In this document: one piece after another, positions 55,657 through 64,000 of the stretch | How the letters are laid out: every line of letters starts with the position of its first letter | Numbering within the stretch: the first letter of the stretch is position 1 | Source: an uncultured Opitutia bacterium | GTDB taxonomy: Bacteria; Verrucomicrobiota; Verrucomicrobiia; Opitutales; CAJWYM01 | Length of the DNA stretch: 64,000 nucleotides | NCBI GenBank assembly: GCA_913049555.1 | Contig: CAJWYM010000002.1 | Location: 26,142-90,141, forward strand | Direction: 5' to 3' | The notes under the pieces: generated by a model | Told to the model about the DNA's origin: nothing | The model's database searches: none | What the model saw: the letters and a program-made list of their open reading frames with translations, nothing else | Program-made: the position numbers and the translations under genes

Positions 55657-57285
55657 ATGGAATCTTTATCCATGTCAATCCAACGGACCATGAAAGGACT
55701 TGTATTCTCACTCCTGATTGTCGTAGCTCAATTTTCTCAAGCGGAGAACAATCGTAAGAATGTTTTGTTGATTGCTGTGGATGACCTCAAACCCCTTTTG
55801 GGAATCTATGGAGCGGACTTTATGCATACTCCTAATATCGATCGGCTGGGGAAGATGGGAACGGTTTTTATGAACAATCATTGTCAGGTAGCTCTGTGCG
55901 GGCCCTCTAGAAGTAGCTTAATGACAGGAATTTACCCAGATCACGCGAATGTTTATACGATGGGACAAAGATTAGACGACGTTCGGAAACGCGTGCCGGG
56001 ATTGAAGACTTTGCCAGGTTATTTCAAAGAGAAAGGCTATTATTCCTATGGGGTCGGCAAACTCTTTGACCATAGAAATACAGGACCAGGACAAGATAAA
56101 ATCAGTTGGTCTTTAAAGTCCGGGGTGGAATGGCGGTGGGACTCTAGCCTCTATGAGCCGACCGTAAATGGGTATCAGAATCCCCAAACCAAAGAAAAAC
56201 TATCCAAGACTTTAAAATATTTGAAAAAGAATAAAATCGCAGGAAATGAGAAAATGCTCTACTTTCGAAAAAACAGTCAACTAAGACCTGCCTATGAAGT
56301 GACTGAAGAGATTCCAGACGAAGCCTATGCAGAGGGGAATTTTATGGCTCCATTAGCCATCAAAAATTTGAGAAACCAAGGGCGAGCTTACCATAAAAGG
56401 GGTGAGAACTTTTTCGTAGCAGTTGGATTTTACAAACCTCACTTGCCCTTCAATTGTCCTAAAAAATATTTTGATTTGTACGATCGCAACGATTTTAAAG
56501 TCGCCTTGAACCCCAACTATCCTGAAGGCACTTCTAATATAGTGGAAGCACCTATTATTGAAGCAAGGGCGTTTGGATTTGTGCCTAAAGAGGGAGAAAT
56601 CCCAGAGGAGACCCAGATCATGCTGCAAATGTCTTATGCAGCCTGTGTCAGTTATGTGGATGCTCAAATAGGAAAAATTATGACCGTCCTCGAGGAGGAA
56701 AATCTTTGGGAAAATACCATTGTTTGTCTTTGGGGAGATCATGGATTTCACTTGGGAGATAAAAGTGTCTTTGGAAAGCACACCAATTATGAACAAGCCA
56801 CTCGCTCTCCTTTGATTCTTTATTCTCCTGAGATTGACGGCAATCGAAAGATAGAAAAAACACCTACGGAACTGATTGATGTGTTTCCCACTCTTTGCGA
56901 TTTGGCAGGAATTGAAAAACCAGCAGTATTGGATGGAGATAGTCTGATGGATGTGATGAAGGGCAAAACAAGCAAAGACCCGGTGGCTCTCAGTCAATAC
57001 CTTAGGCCCTATCAAGGATGGGAGAATGATTCCATGGCAATGGGTTATGCTATACGGGATGAACGATACCGCTATGTTGAGTGGAGAAAATCCAACCGGA
57101 GTGCCCAGAATAAGAAAGTATGGGAAAAACAGTCGGAGGTAGTTTTAGTAGAACTCTATGATTACGAATTGGATCCATTAGAACGGGTAAATTTATACAC
57201 TCATCCAGAATATTTAAATATCGTTGAAAAAATGCAGGATAAATTTGATTCTAAGTTATCCTACTTACCTCCTAGAAAACTTTAG
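55657..57285 (+). CDS. Cys-type sulfatase, iduronate-2-sulfatase-like
   Basis: 542-aa ORF with a signal-like N-terminus. NVLLIAVDDLKPLLGIYG...TPNIDRL...ALCGPSRSSLMTG closely resembles the N-terminal block of iduronate-2-sulfatases. Also contains GDHGFHLGDK. The exact start (55657, 55672 or 55690) is uncertain. Confidence 0.85.
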   Translation: MESLSMSIQRTMKGLVFSLLIVVAQFSQAENNRKNVLLIAVDDLKPLLGIYGADFMHTPNIDRLGKMGTVFMNNHCQVALCGPSRSSLMTGIYPDHANVYTMGQRLDDVRKRVPGLKTLPGYFKEKGYYSYGVGKLFDHRNTGPGQDKISWSLKSGVEWRWDSSLYEPTVNGYQNPQTKEKLSKTLKYLKKNKIAGNEKMLYFRKNSQLRPAYEVTEEIPDEAYAEGNFMAPLAIKNLRNQGRAYHKRGENFFVAVGFYKPHLPFNCPKKYFDLYDRNDFKVALNPNYPEGTSNIVEAPIIEARAFGFVPKEGEIPEETQIMLQMSYAACVSYVDAQIGKIMTVLEEENLWENTIVCLWGDHGFHLGDKSVFGKHTNYEQATRSPLILYSPEIDGNRKIEKTPTELIDVFPTLCDLAGIEKPAVLDGDSLMDVMKGKTSKDPVALSQYLRPYQGWENDSMAMGYAIRDERYRYVEWRKSNRSAQNKKVWEKQSEVVLVELYDYELDPLERVNLYTHPEYLNIVEKMQDKFDSKLSYLPPRKL

Positions 57286-57327
57286 TTTCCGAACCAAAAT
57301 TGCACCTAAAAACCAATCAATATAGCT

Positions 57328-58824
57328 ATGAATAGAAGAGAATTTTTACGAATGGGCCTCTCTGCCGGAATGGCAGCAGGTTTACCGATGACCTCTCGCG
57401 CAAATGCAAAAAATCAGAATGATGGAAACACCGCCAAACCGAATTTGGTCATTGTTCATACGGATGAGCAGAACTTCAGGACGCTCGGTTGTTATCGCAA
57501 ATTACTAAGCAAGGATCAGGCATTTGTCTGGGGAGATGGGGTGAATGTCGAGACTCCTTACGCGGATAAACTCGCAGAACAAGGAGCCTTGTGCTCCAGC
57601 TTTTATGCAGCCTCTCCTGTCTGCACTCCTTCCAGAGCCTCTTTTGTTTCAGGATTGTATCCCTATGCCACTGGAGCTGGAAACAATCATGAAGCCTTGA
57701 ATGACAACGTGGTTACCTTTGGGGAGGTTTTAAGAAAAAATGGCTACTCGACCTCCTATGTAGGCAAATGGCACTTAGATGGAAATGAAAAACCGGGCTT
57801 TGCCCCTCAAAGAAAATTTGGATTTGAGGACAACCGCTACATGATCAATCGGGGTCATTGGAAAATGTTCAAAGAAGATGAAAATGGTTTTGATTTCATT
57901 GGAAAATTCAGTCCGGACAAAAATAAATACAAGTATGAATTGAAAGATTTTAATGAAACCAACTACGCAACGGATTTTCTTACTGACCGGACCCTTGAAA
58001 TTATTGAAAGGGATCAGAAAAAACCATTTTGTGTGATGTTATCAATTCCAGACCCTCATGATCCAAACAATGTGCGAGCTCCTTACAACAAAATGTATGA
58101 CGATCTAGAGGTTCAAACTCCTAGGACGATGACGGCAGCTTTGGAAAGCACTCCCAAATGGAACAGTATGAAAAGCAAGAATGCTATGAAAAATATGAGT
58201 AGTTATTTGGCAAAACAATACTTTGGAATGGTCAAATGTATCGATGACAACTTAGGAAAATTAATGAAGCGATTGGACGAATTGAATTTATCTAAAAATA
58301 CGATTCTAGTCTTCACTTCAGATCATGGTGAAATGTTGGGCGAGCATGCGAAGAAAAATAAAGGATTGCCCTTTGAGGCTTCCGCTTGTGTGCCTTTTAT
58401 TATTCGCTATCCAGAAAATATTCGTCCAGGAAAATTAATTAGAAAGGCGTATACAACGACTGACTTTACCCCTTCTATACTAGGAATGATGGGTGTTGAC
58501 CATAAAGATTATAATTTTCATGGAGAGGATTTATCCAAAGATTTTACAGGGCAAGAAAGTGAATTGTTGGATGATAGAGTCGTTTATTACAGACATGCTG
58601 GTGGACAATGGGTGGCTGCTGTCAACAGCCGATATAAATTGATTTTTGCTTCGACTTATCTGGACCAAGAACCTGTTTTGTATGATTTAGAAAAAGATCC
58701 AGATGAGTTGAAGAATTTCTATGAGGATCCCGCATACAAATCCATTGCTGATAAGATGAGTGCCCAATTAAAACAGAAGATGAATCAGTTCAAAGAGCCT
58801 AAGATAGATTTTATATCTGTATAA
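57328..58824 (+). CDS. Cys-type sulfatase with twin-arginine (Tat) signal peptide
   Basis: 498-aa ORF. N-terminus is MNRREFLRMGLSAGMAAGLPMTSRANA (RR-x-FL Tat motif plus an A-x-A site). Contains CTPSRASFVSG and SDHGEMLGEH. Confidence 0.9.
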   Translation: MNRREFLRMGLSAGMAAGLPMTSRANAKNQNDGNTAKPNLVIVHTDEQNFRTLGCYRKLLSKDQAFVWGDGVNVETPYADKLAEQGALCSSFYAASPVCTPSRASFVSGLYPYATGAGNNHEALNDNVVTFGEVLRKNGYSTSYVGKWHLDGNEKPGFAPQRKFGFEDNRYMINRGHWKMFKEDENGFDFIGKFSPDKNKYKYELKDFNETNYATDFLTDRTLEIIERDQKKPFCVMLSIPDPHDPNNVRAPYNKMYDDLEVQTPRTMTAALESTPKWNSMKSKNAMKNMSSYLAKQYFGMVKCIDDNLGKLMKRLDELNLSKNTILVFTSDHGEMLGEHAKKNKGLPFEASACVPFIIRYPENIRPGKLIRKAYTTTDFTPSILGMMGVDHKDYNFHGEDLSKDFTGQESELLDDRVVYYRHAGGQWVAAVNSRYKLIFASTYLDQEPVLYDLEKDPDELKNFYEDPAYKSIADKMSAQLKQKMNQFKEPKIDFISV

Positions 58825-58833
58825 AAGGATGCT

Positions 58834-60318
58834 ATGAAGTCATACCTATTCATATTTTTAGGTTTATTCTTCCTTCAGGATTCAATCATCGGGGAGGATA
58901 AACCAAATGTTTTATTTATTGCCATTGACGATATGAATGATTGGACTGGCTTTTTAGGAGGCCATCCTCAGGCAATAACCCCCAATATGGATGCACTTGC
59001 CAGAAAAGGAGTCAACTTTACGAATGCCCATTGTTCGGCTCCAGGATGTTCTCCAAGTAGAAATTCTCTTCTTTTTGGCAAAGAACCATTCCACTCTGGG
59101 CTGTATTGTTTTTATGATGGAGAAGAGAGTAACAAAAAGCTTGTTTCTCAATACACGACTTTGCCAGAATTTTTTAAAACGAATGGATTCAATACTTACG
59201 GATCTGGGAAAATTCATCATGGGCAAAAAGAGGCACCAGAAAAAGAGTGGACCCAATTCCATAGCCCTCAAAAACATAAACTGGAAATCGATTTTTCAAG
59301 AGGAATTCAAGGAAGAAAAGGCAAATACAACTGTGCACCCACGACCAGTCCCCTAGAAAATCATCTGGACTTTAAAAACACCACTTTTGGTGTGGAGATC
59401 TTAAGCAAAGAACATGACAAACCTTTTTTTCTAGCAGTCGGTATTATCAATCCTCATTTGCCTTTTGTTTGCCCCGAACAATTTTGGGATGCCTTGCCAG
59501 AGCCTATAGATCCTCCAGAAAGACATGAAGAGGATTTAAGGGACATACCCTGGGCCGGTCGAGATTTTTTAAACTTGGGAGAAGTTGCAAAATACAACGC
59601 TAATAAACAGTGGAATACTGTTAGAAAAGCCTACTTAGGATGTATATCATGGGCAGATTACAACGTAGGGCGACTTATAAAAGCTTTGGAAAAGAGTCCC
59701 TATGCGAACAATACAATTGTCGTTTTGTGGTCAGATCATGGATACCATTTAGGTGAAAAAACCACATTTAAGAAATTTACACTCTGGGAGGAATCCACCC
59801 GAGTTCCTTTCATTATTTATGACACGCGCGCACCCAAATCGCTAAGCGGTCGCAAGATTGAAGAAGCTGTATCTTTAATCAATATTTACAAAACACTGGC
59901 AGATTTAAGTGGTCTACCAATTCCTGAGAACTTGGATGGCTACAGTCTGAAACCCTACTTGGAAGATCCATCTAAGACCATTCTGAAGCCGGCGATTACA
60001 AGCTGGGGTCGAGGTAATTATGCTGTCAGAAGTAAAGATTGGCGATATATCAAGTATTTTGACGGAACGGAAGAGCTTTATTCGCACAAGCAGGATCCTA
60101 ACGAATGGACCAACTTGGCAAAGAACCCAGAATTGGAACCTGTGAAACAAAAATTACGCGAATCCCTTCCCAATCACGAATCAGCAAGTGTTCCTAATTG
60201 GGCACTCTGGAGTTCAGTGGGTGCGGATAAAGAGGATTCTGGTTTCAAAATTTTAAAGCGAGATTGGAAAAAATCAGCAAAAAGATTCAATCCACCATTG
60301 CCCCAAAAAGTTCAATGA
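58834..60318 (+). CDS. Cys-type sulfatase, secreted
   Basis: 494-aa ORF with a signal peptide. Contains VLFIAIDDMNDW, CSPSRNSLLFG and SDHGYHLGEK. AAGGA lies upstream of the ATG. Confidence 0.88.
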   Translation: MKSYLFIFLGLFFLQDSIIGEDKPNVLFIAIDDMNDWTGFLGGHPQAITPNMDALARKGVNFTNAHCSAPGCSPSRNSLLFGKEPFHSGLYCFYDGEESNKKLVSQYTTLPEFFKTNGFNTYGSGKIHHGQKEAPEKEWTQFHSPQKHKLEIDFSRGIQGRKGKYNCAPTTSPLENHLDFKNTTFGVEILSKEHDKPFFLAVGIINPHLPFVCPEQFWDALPEPIDPPERHEEDLRDIPWAGRDFLNLGEVAKYNANKQWNTVRKAYLGCISWADYNVGRLIKALEKSPYANNTIVVLWSDHGYHLGEKTTFKKFTLWEESTRVPFIIYDTRAPKSLSGRKIEEAVSLINIYKTLADLSGLPIPENLDGYSLKPYLEDPSKTILKPAITSWGRGNYAVRSKDWRYIKYFDGTEELYSHKQDPNEWTNLAKNPELEPVKQKLRESLPNHESASVPNWALWSSVGADKEDSGFKILKRDWKKSAKRFNPPLPQKVQ

Positions 60319-61934
60319 ATCCTAAAAACAAAGCAATTATGAAATACACTTCAATCTTCTTATTTTTACTGCTAATCCACACTTTTCTGTTTGCTTCCAA
60401 GAAGCCTAATGTGGTCTTCATTATGTGCGACGACTTGAATGACTATATTACTGGTATTGAGGGTCAAGCGGGTCACCCCCAATCCATCACTCCAAATGTA
60501 AATAAATTAGCCCAATCTGGGGTCGCCTTTGAAAAGGCTTACAGCAATCACCCCGTTTGTGCTCCTTCTAGGTCTAGTTGTTTTACTGGAACCTACGGAA
60601 TGTCTTCGGGCAATTTATTCTGGGGAAAATGGTTTACAAATGAAAAATTGAAAAATTCCAAGACTATGATGGAACATTTCCGTGACCACGGCTATTACGT
60701 TGCAGGTTCGGGGAAACTCTTGCATCACAACAAGAAGGATGTTTGGTCTGAGTTCAAGCATGAAGCGGACTATGGACCCCATGCATTCAATGGAGAAAAA
60801 AAAGTAGCCCATCCGGATGTCCCAAAACCGTTTTGGGATATTGGTCCTACAGATGGTTCTTTTGGATCCTTGGAAAGTTCTTCATATCTGAATGATAATA
60901 ATCCAAAAACAGGGTGGGTTACAGGTCCTTGGAACAATCCTAAACTTATGAAGTTTAAAAATGATTTGGATCGAGACAGAACTCCGGACGAAAAAAATGC
61001 AGAATGGGCAGCCAATCGCATTCGAAAATTTGCAGAATCAGGCGATGAAAAGCCCTTTTTCCTAGGGGTTGGATTTATTCGTCCTCATACGCCTATGCAT
61101 GTCTCACAAAAGTATTTTGATAGGCACCCTCTCGATCAGGTACAACTGCCTATTCTTAAAAAAGACGACCATTTAGATACTTTTTATCATAAATATTTTC
61201 GTCCTACCCAGAAGGGATTGAGATATTATTCTACTCTGAAAAAATCTTATACAGACTTTGAAGAGGGGCTGCGTAAATACACTCAAGCCTATCTAGCATG
61301 CGTCACTGCAGTCGATGAATGCATTGGTCAAGTTGTGGATGCAATTGACAACAGTCCCTTCAAAGACAATACAATTATTGTCATTACCAGTGACCATGGC
61401 TGGAATATGGGTCAAAAAGAATTCATTTTCAAAAATTCCCCTTGGGAAGAAAGCTGTCGAATCCCATTGATTATTCGAGCACCCGGAGTGGCTCAGGCTG
61501 GTGGGGTCGCTAAACACCCGGTGTCTTTAGTCGATCTTTACCCCACTTTAACGGATCTTTGCGGCTTAGATAACAACACTAAAAAGAATGATCAAGGAAT
61601 CCCATTGGATGGACACAGTATGCGACCCTTTCTAGTAAATCCCGACCAAAATGAGTGGACAGGCCCTCAGGGAGCCCTCTCAATGATCTTCATTGGAGAT
61701 AGTTTTCGAAAAGATTTATCTAGAGAAGAAAGATTCCAACTGAAGAATCAACATTGGTCCTACAGGACAGAAAGATGGAGATATATTCAATACAGTGGTG
61801 GGGACGAGGAACTCTATGATCACCTAGAGGATCCTTATGAATGGGAAAATTTAGCCTTAAATCCAGAATTTAAAGCCGTTAAAATCAATTTGTTGAATGA
61901 AATGAAGTCCATTCGCTCTCTTTCAGAATTATAA
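60315..61934 (+). CDS. Cys-type sulfatase, secreted
   Basis: Start placed at ATG 60315, overlapping the upstream TGA (ATGA), rather than the track start at 60264. Contains VVFIMCDDLNDY, CAPSRSSCFTG and SDHGWNMGQKE. Confidence 0.88.
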   Translation: MNPKNKAIMKYTSIFLFLLLIHTFLFASKKPNVVFIMCDDLNDYITGIEGQAGHPQSITPNVNKLAQSGVAFEKAYSNHPVCAPSRSSCFTGTYGMSSGNLFWGKWFTNEKLKNSKTMMEHFRDHGYYVAGSGKLLHHNKKDVWSEFKHEADYGPHAFNGEKKVAHPDVPKPFWDIGPTDGSFGSLESSSYLNDNNPKTGWVTGPWNNPKLMKFKNDLDRDRTPDEKNAEWAANRIRKFAESGDEKPFFLGVGFIRPHTPMHVSQKYFDRHPLDQVQLPILKKDDHLDTFYHKYFRPTQKGLRYYSTLKKSYTDFEEGLRKYTQAYLACVTAVDECIGQVVDAIDNSPFKDNTIIVITSDHGWNMGQKEFIFKNSPWEESCRIPLIIRAPGVAQAGGVAKHPVSLVDLYPTLTDLCGLDNNTKKNDQGIPLDGHSMRPFLVNPDQNEWTGPQGALSMIFIGDSFRKDLSREERFQLKNQHWSYRTERWRYIQYSGGDEELYDHLEDPYEWENLALNPEFKAVKINLLNEMKSIRSLSEL

Positions 61935-61961
61935 TTTTCAAAATCATTCAGATATAAAGAT

Positions 61962-63356
61962 ATGCATAATCAAACTTTATTAACATTCTTAGGTCTTCTG
62001 TATTTCTTTGTGTTTTCCTTTGCTTCCTCGAAACCGAATCTAATTGTCGTTATGTGTGATGATCTAGGATACGCAGATGTAGGTTTTAATGGATGTAAAG
62101 AGATCCCCACACCTCATATTGATTCCATTGCTGCGAATGGGGTGCGTTTTTCCGATGCTTATGTTGCCTATCCGGTCTGCGGACCAAGTAGAGCTGCATT
62201 TTTAACTGGAAGGTATGGACAAAGGTTCGGATTTGAAAGAAATCCACAATACCTTCCTTCAGATCCTAATATGGGACTTCCAAAGGAAGAGAAGACCATT
62301 GCCGAGCGATTGAAGCCGGTTGGGTACAAGTCGGGTATTGTGGGCAAATGGCATATGGGTGCCCATTTAGAGTCTCACCACCCATTGAATCGAGGATTTA
62401 ACTATTTTTATGGACATCTGGGTGGGGGGCATCGTTTTTTGCCAGAAGAATTGACTCTCAAAGACAGTTACAACATCACTGGGGAAAACGACAGTTACAG
62501 AACTTGGATTTTAAAAAATCATGAGCCGGTTCCTCCAAAAAAATATTTGACGGATGAATTTTCTGATGAGGCAGTCGCATTTGTAGAAAGAAATCAGAAG
62601 GATCCCTTTTTTCTTTTTCTCTCCTACAATGCTCCCCATCTTCCATTACAAGCTACCGATAAATATTTGGACCGATTCCCTGAATTGACTGGCAAAAGAA
62701 AAATATATGCTGCGATGGTCAGTGCCGTAGATGATGGCGTGGGTCGTTTGTTGAAGACCTTGGATGAATTAGAACTGTCTGAAAATACATTGGTCTTTTT
62801 CTTGTCTGACAATGGGGGCCCTTACAAAAAAAATGCCTCCGAAAATACTCCTTTAAAAGGGGGCAAGGGGGATATTTGGGAAGGTGGAAACCGAGTTCCT
62901 TTTGCGCTTCAGTGGAAAGGAAAACTGGAGGGTGGTCGTGAGTTCACGGAAATCGTTTCCTCTTTAGACATAATGGCAACCATTTGTGATTTATCTCAGG
63001 CTCCTAAAGTTCCCGAAAAGCCATTGGATGGAGTTCATTTGATCCCTTATCTTACCGGCAGTAAAAAGGGAGTGCCCCATGAATCTCTTTTCATCAGAAA
63101 GTTCGATCAGCAAAAATTTTCCGCACGGCAGGGAGCCTACAAACTTGTTTTGGAAAAAGAAGGCGCTCCTGCAAAATTGTACAATCTCCAAAAAGATATC
63201 ACGGAAAATGAAAACCTAGCGAATCAATTGCCAGAAAAAACGACCGAGTTGGAAAAATTACTGAATACTTGGACGAATTCCTTAAAAGAGCCTCAGTTTT
63301 TAGGATTGATCCACTCTCCAGAGTGGCAAAAGAAATTAAAAAAGAAACAAAAATAA
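61962..63356 (+). CDS. Cys-type sulfatase, secreted
   Basis: 464-aa ORF with a signal peptide. Contains LIVVMCDDLGYADVG, CGPSRAAFLTG, GKWH and SDNGGP. Confidence 0.9.
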   Translation: MHNQTLLTFLGLLYFFVFSFASSKPNLIVVMCDDLGYADVGFNGCKEIPTPHIDSIAANGVRFSDAYVAYPVCGPSRAAFLTGRYGQRFGFERNPQYLPSDPNMGLPKEEKTIAERLKPVGYKSGIVGKWHMGAHLESHHPLNRGFNYFYGHLGGGHRFLPEELTLKDSYNITGENDSYRTWILKNHEPVPPKKYLTDEFSDEAVAFVERNQKDPFFLFLSYNAPHLPLQATDKYLDRFPELTGKRKIYAAMVSAVDDGVGRLLKTLDELELSENTLVFFLSDNGGPYKKNASENTPLKGGKGDIWEGGNRVPFALQWKGKLEGGREFTEIVSSLDIMATICDLSQAPKVPEKPLDGVHLIPYLTGSKKGVPHESLFIRKFDQQKFSARQGAYKLVLEKEGAPAKLYNLQKDITENENLANQLPEKTTELEKLLNTWTNSLKEPQFLGLIHSPEWQKKLKKKQK

Positions 63357-63371
63357 AAGGATAAAAATCGG

Positions 63372-64000
63372 ATGAATATGAATGATTCTAGACAATGCTT
63401 CCCCTTTTTCATTTTACTAAACTTTGTACTTTCTGGATTTTTGTCTGGTATGGATAGACCAAATGTTCTGTTTGTAATATGCGATGATTTGAATGATTAC
63501 ATCGAGGGGATGGATGGTCACCCCCAATCTAAAACTCCGAATATTAAAACATTAGCAGAATCAGGAGTTCAATTTCAAAACGCATTCAGTAACAATCCTG
63601 TTTGCGCCCCCTCTAGAGCGAGTTTATTGACAGGAATCTACCCGCACAATTCCGGGCAGTATTTTTTCGACAAATGGGAGAAAAACAAAGTTATTTCAAA
63701 TTCAAAAATGATCCATGAACACTTTCGTGACAATGGCTACAAAGTGGCTGGAGCTGGCAAGGTATTGCACCATGACAGCGAAAAAGTCTGGAAAGGAATG
63801 GAACATTTCAGTTCTGCAGATTACGGGCCTTTTGCTTATGATGGGAAGAAAAAAGTAGCCAACCCATCGGTCCCTAGACCTTTTAGTGATCTAGGTCATG
63901 TAGTTGGATCTTATGGTCCTCTTTCCAATGTTCCTTTTAAAGACTCTGGAATAAAGAACGCTGGGTGGGTCAATGGAGATTGGAAGAACAACAATCCTAT
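63372..64000 (+). CDS. Cys-type sulfatase, 5' part only (runs off the right edge; not in the ORF track)
   Basis: My own translation from ATG 63372 gives MNMNDSRQCFPFFILLNFVLSGFLSGMDRPNVLFVICDDLNDYIEG...NPVCAPSRASLLTGIYPHNSG...GAGKVLHH. The frame is open to the window end. It is a close paralog of 60315-61934. Confidence 0.85.
   Translation, partial: MNMNDSRQCFPFFILLNFVLSGFLSGMDRPNVLFVICDDLNDYIEGMDGHPQSKTPNIKTLAESGVQFQNAFSNNPVCAPSRASLLTGIYPHNSGQYFFDKWEKNKVISNSKMIHEHFRDNGYKVAGAGKVLHHDSEKVWKGMEHFSSADYGPFAYDGKKKVANPSVPRPFSDLGHVVGSYGPLSNVPFKDSGIKNAGWVNGDWKNNNP

Noticed and set aside
56353-57015. 220-aa ORF on the minus strand
   Set aside because: It lies entirely antisense within the well-supported iduronate-sulfatase-like gene (55657-57285). 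Its composition is low-complexity and Ile/Phe/Ser-rich, typical of antisense frames in AT-rich DNA, and it has no motif.
60264-60314. N-terminal extensions given by the ORF track (also 27762-27815, 30567-30644, 34375-34401, 37897-37929, 43774-43851, 49229-49261, 51237-51269, 52628-52687)
   Set aside because: In each case an internal ATG is followed immediately by a signal peptide or by the conserved family N-terminus. Using that ATG removes an implausible overlap with the upstream gene. Several of the extended starts are TTG or GTG.
1-64000. Search for CRISPR arrays, tRNA/rRNA genes, IS elements, integrases, toxin-antitoxin pairs or known defence-system genes
   Set aside because: I saw no spaced direct repeats, no cloverleaf-like GC-rich segments in the spacers, and no transposase, integrase, nuclease or helicase motifs in any ORF translation. 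I cannot exclude small ncRNAs without covariance-model scans.

Overview
AT-rich by eye (GC not computed) bacterial chromosomal segment. There are no rRNA, tRNA, CRISPR, transposase, integrase or phage genes that I can see. Gene content suggests a marine PVC-superphylum polysaccharide degrader (Lentisphaerae/Verrucomicrobia-like); this is inference from 12 Cys-type sulfatases, many prepilin-type proteins and a Bat operon. Layout: (1) 1-9127 (+): a glycan-degradation cluster of sulfatase, sialate-O-acetylesterase-like esterase, GH2, sulfatase and PhoD-like phosphatase. (2) 10586-11665 (-): DAHP synthase. (3) 12058-23839 (-): an 11-gene, tightly coupled type IV pilus/T2SS-hybrid operon. It has three prepilins, a GspL/PilMN-like protein, a PilO-like protein, PilT, PilC, a PilP-like protein, a secretin, an unknown HExxH membrane protein and PilB, but no prepilin peptidase. 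(4) 24953-32348: housekeeping and isolated genes (SDR, sulfatase, HDAC-like deacetylase, Maf, sulfatase). (5) 32512-40218 (+): a complete Bat/MoxR aerotolerance-type operon with a BatB-BatC-like fusion. (6) 40380-47362 (-): a four-gene operon headed by a 1188-aa GspK/PilX-like giant pseudopilin, followed by two unknown secreted proteins and a metallophosphoesterase-LamG protein. (7) 47834-51026: a divergent pair of GPH-family sugar symporter paralogs. (8) 51270-64000 (+): a co-directional array of eight sulfatases plus one clan GH-A-like hydrolase; the last sulfatase is truncated by the window edge and is absent from the ORF track. The best candidates for something undescribed are the single-operon pilus machine with its embedded HExxH protein and non-canonical prepilin cleavage sites, the giant pseudopilin operon, and a shared ATTTATAAAAC inverted-repeat motif upstream of the transporter and sulfatase genes. 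All functional calls rest on motif recognition in the supplied translations; no database search was run.
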